Assembly: GCA_943357175.1 (NCBI GenBank)
Contig: CALRGE010000001.1
Coordinates: forward strand, 65,232 to 129,231
From: Candidatus Peribacteria bacterium
GTDB lineage: Bacteria > Patescibacteriota > Gracilibacteria > UBA1369 > 2-02-FULL-48-14
Direction of reading: 5' to 3'
Length of the DNA: 64,000 nt
Position 1 is the first letter of the stretch. Every line of letters begins with the position of its first letter. Both the position numbers and the translations under genes were made by a program. Of this stretch, positions 62,990 to 64,000 are shown piece after piece. A model generated the notes under the pieces. The model was not told the origin of the DNA. It saw nothing but the letters and a program-made list of their open reading frames with translations, and searched no databases.

Positions 62990-64000
62990 ATGGCTAGAAG
63001 GAGGCGAAGGCAGCCGGTAAGGAGGAAAAAGGCTTCTGATAAATCGGATTTGTTGAATTTTGAGATTGCTAGTCATATTGCGAGGGAAATTTGGGCTGTT
63101 GTTTATTTGGCGCTTGCCGCAATGACCTGGCTTTCTCTGAACGGGAAAATTGGTTTTATGGGAGAATTGTGGACTTCGATTTTGAAACCGCTTTTTGGAG
63201 TGGGGTTGAGTATTGTGCCTTTTGTGCTGCTTTTTATGGGAGCTTCTGTTTTTCTCTCGAAGAGAATTAAATGGGGATTGGCTAGGTATACAGGTTTATT
63301 TTTCTTGGCTGTGGCGGTTTTAGGAACGGTTCATGCAAATACTCCGCTTGATCAGATGCTTGAACTTGCGCAGTCAGGTGGTGGAGGAGGTTATATCGGC
63401 TTTGTTTCAGCTTTCATTTTCATTACAGCTTTTGGAATGAGCGGTGCATATATTTTGTTTATCTCATCATTTTTGATTGGACTTTTGTTGACTTTACAGA
63501 TTAGTTTGGGCGATATTGCTAGATTTTTTACTCCTAGTCCTAAGCAGGTTCGTGAAACAATTTCTGCTATTACTCCAGAATTGAATATTATTGATGCTGA
63601 TGATTTTGAAGATGAGCCGCTGAAAATTGTGCAGCCGAAATTTGTGGAAGATGAAGATTCAATGACGATTAAAGAGGTTAGTCCAAAAGAGGTTGAGGCG
63701 AAGTTGTCTAAGGCTAAACAAGAATCTGAAGATGATACTGCACATTCTGTGGAAGTGAAAGATGAGGCAGTTTTGGAAGATGATGAGGAAGGAGAATGGG
63801 CTTATCCACCACTTGATTTGCTTTTTGATAGTAAAGAAGGATTTACTTTGAATCAGTCTGATTTGAAGCGAAAAGCCGAGTTGATCAAAAATAAACTAGA
63901 TCAATTTGGAATCGCTGTGACTATGCATGAAGTGCATGTTGGTCCGACAGTAATTCAGTATACATTGAAGCCTTCCGAGGGTGTGAAGCTTTCAAAAATT
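62990..64000 (+). CDS. ftsK: DNA translocase FtsK/SpoIIIE, N-terminal part (runs off the right window edge)
   Basis: Hand translation from the ATG at 62990 stays open to nt 64000. MARRRRRQPVRRKK is followed by 4 TM helices and an acidic linker. Then come EWAYPPLDLL and FGIAVTMHEVHVGPTVIQYTLKPSEGVKLSKI, the typical start of the FtsK alpha domain. Confidence 0.85.
   Translation, partial: MARRRRRQPVRRKKASDKSDLLNFEIASHIAREIWAVVYLALAAMTWLSLNGKIGFMGELWTSILKPLFGVGLSIVPFVLLFMGASVFLSKRIKWGLARYTGLFFLAVAVLGTVHANTPLDQMLELAQSGGGGGYIGFVSAFIFITAFGMSGAYILFISSFLIGLLLTLQISLGDIARFFTPSPKQVRETISAITPELNIIDADDFEDEPLKIVQPKFVEDEDSMTIKEVSPKEVEAKLSKAKQESEDDTAHSVEVKDEAVLEDDEEGEWAYPPLDLLFDSKEGFTLNQSDLKRKAELIKNKLDQFGIAVTMHEVHVGPTVIQYTLKPSEGVKLSKI

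Noticed and set aside
1-64000. Alternative genetic code (UGA recoded, as in Gracilibacteria/Absconditabacteria or mycoplasmas).
   Set aside because: TGA terminates ORFs at positions matching paralogue or homologue ends (for example the 191-aa WxL-like protein ends at TGA right after the shared TLTFSIQ tail). Long conserved genes are uninterrupted under code 11.

Overview
AT-rich, very gene-dense bacterial window. It uses the standard genetic code, with TGA ending ORFs at sensible places, and has many 1-8 nt start/stop overlaps. No rRNA, CRISPR array, transposase or integrase was seen. The gene content includes a short HrcA/GrpE, ComEC without a beta-lactamase domain, class I FBA plus FBPase, AckA/Pta, an ECF sigma factor with a FecR/DUF5667-like partner, an SLH-RlpA protein and many large orphan surface proteins. 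This fits a small-genome organism with a Gram-positive-type envelope, possibly CPR/Patescibacteria-like (inference only). The window has three notable blocks. (1) 0-14.5 kb is a cell-surface locus with two WxL-like secreted proteins, four DUF916/DUF3324-like membrane-anchored proteins, two paralogous GT-C (PMT/ArnT-like) glycosyltransferases and two large secreted proteins. Four of the secreted proteins share a C-terminal tail motif. (2) 17.2-26.5 kb holds two paralogous class-III-cyclase-like proteins. One of them is fused to a second degenerate cyclase-like domain, a STAND-like module with a degenerate P-loop and a long helical-repeat region. They flank two tandem cNMP-binding-like paralogues and two twin mini membrane peptides. 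This is my best candidate for an undescribed nucleotide-second-messenger (signalling or defence) system. (3) The remainder is housekeeping genes: tsaC, rsmH-ftsL-like, fba-fbp, mraY-dac-rluB-LCP, comEC, tRNA-Glu, nth, jag-yidC-rnpA-rpmH, ackA, pta, gltX and partial ftsK. Interspersed among these are an 838-aa protein built of ~90-aa tandem repeats, a VapBC module, a dinD-containing 3-gene insertion between ackA and pta, a 291-bp non-coding motif array upstream of rsmH, and a G10/C10 tract inside a promoter spacer. All functional calls come from motif recognition by eye; no database search was run.
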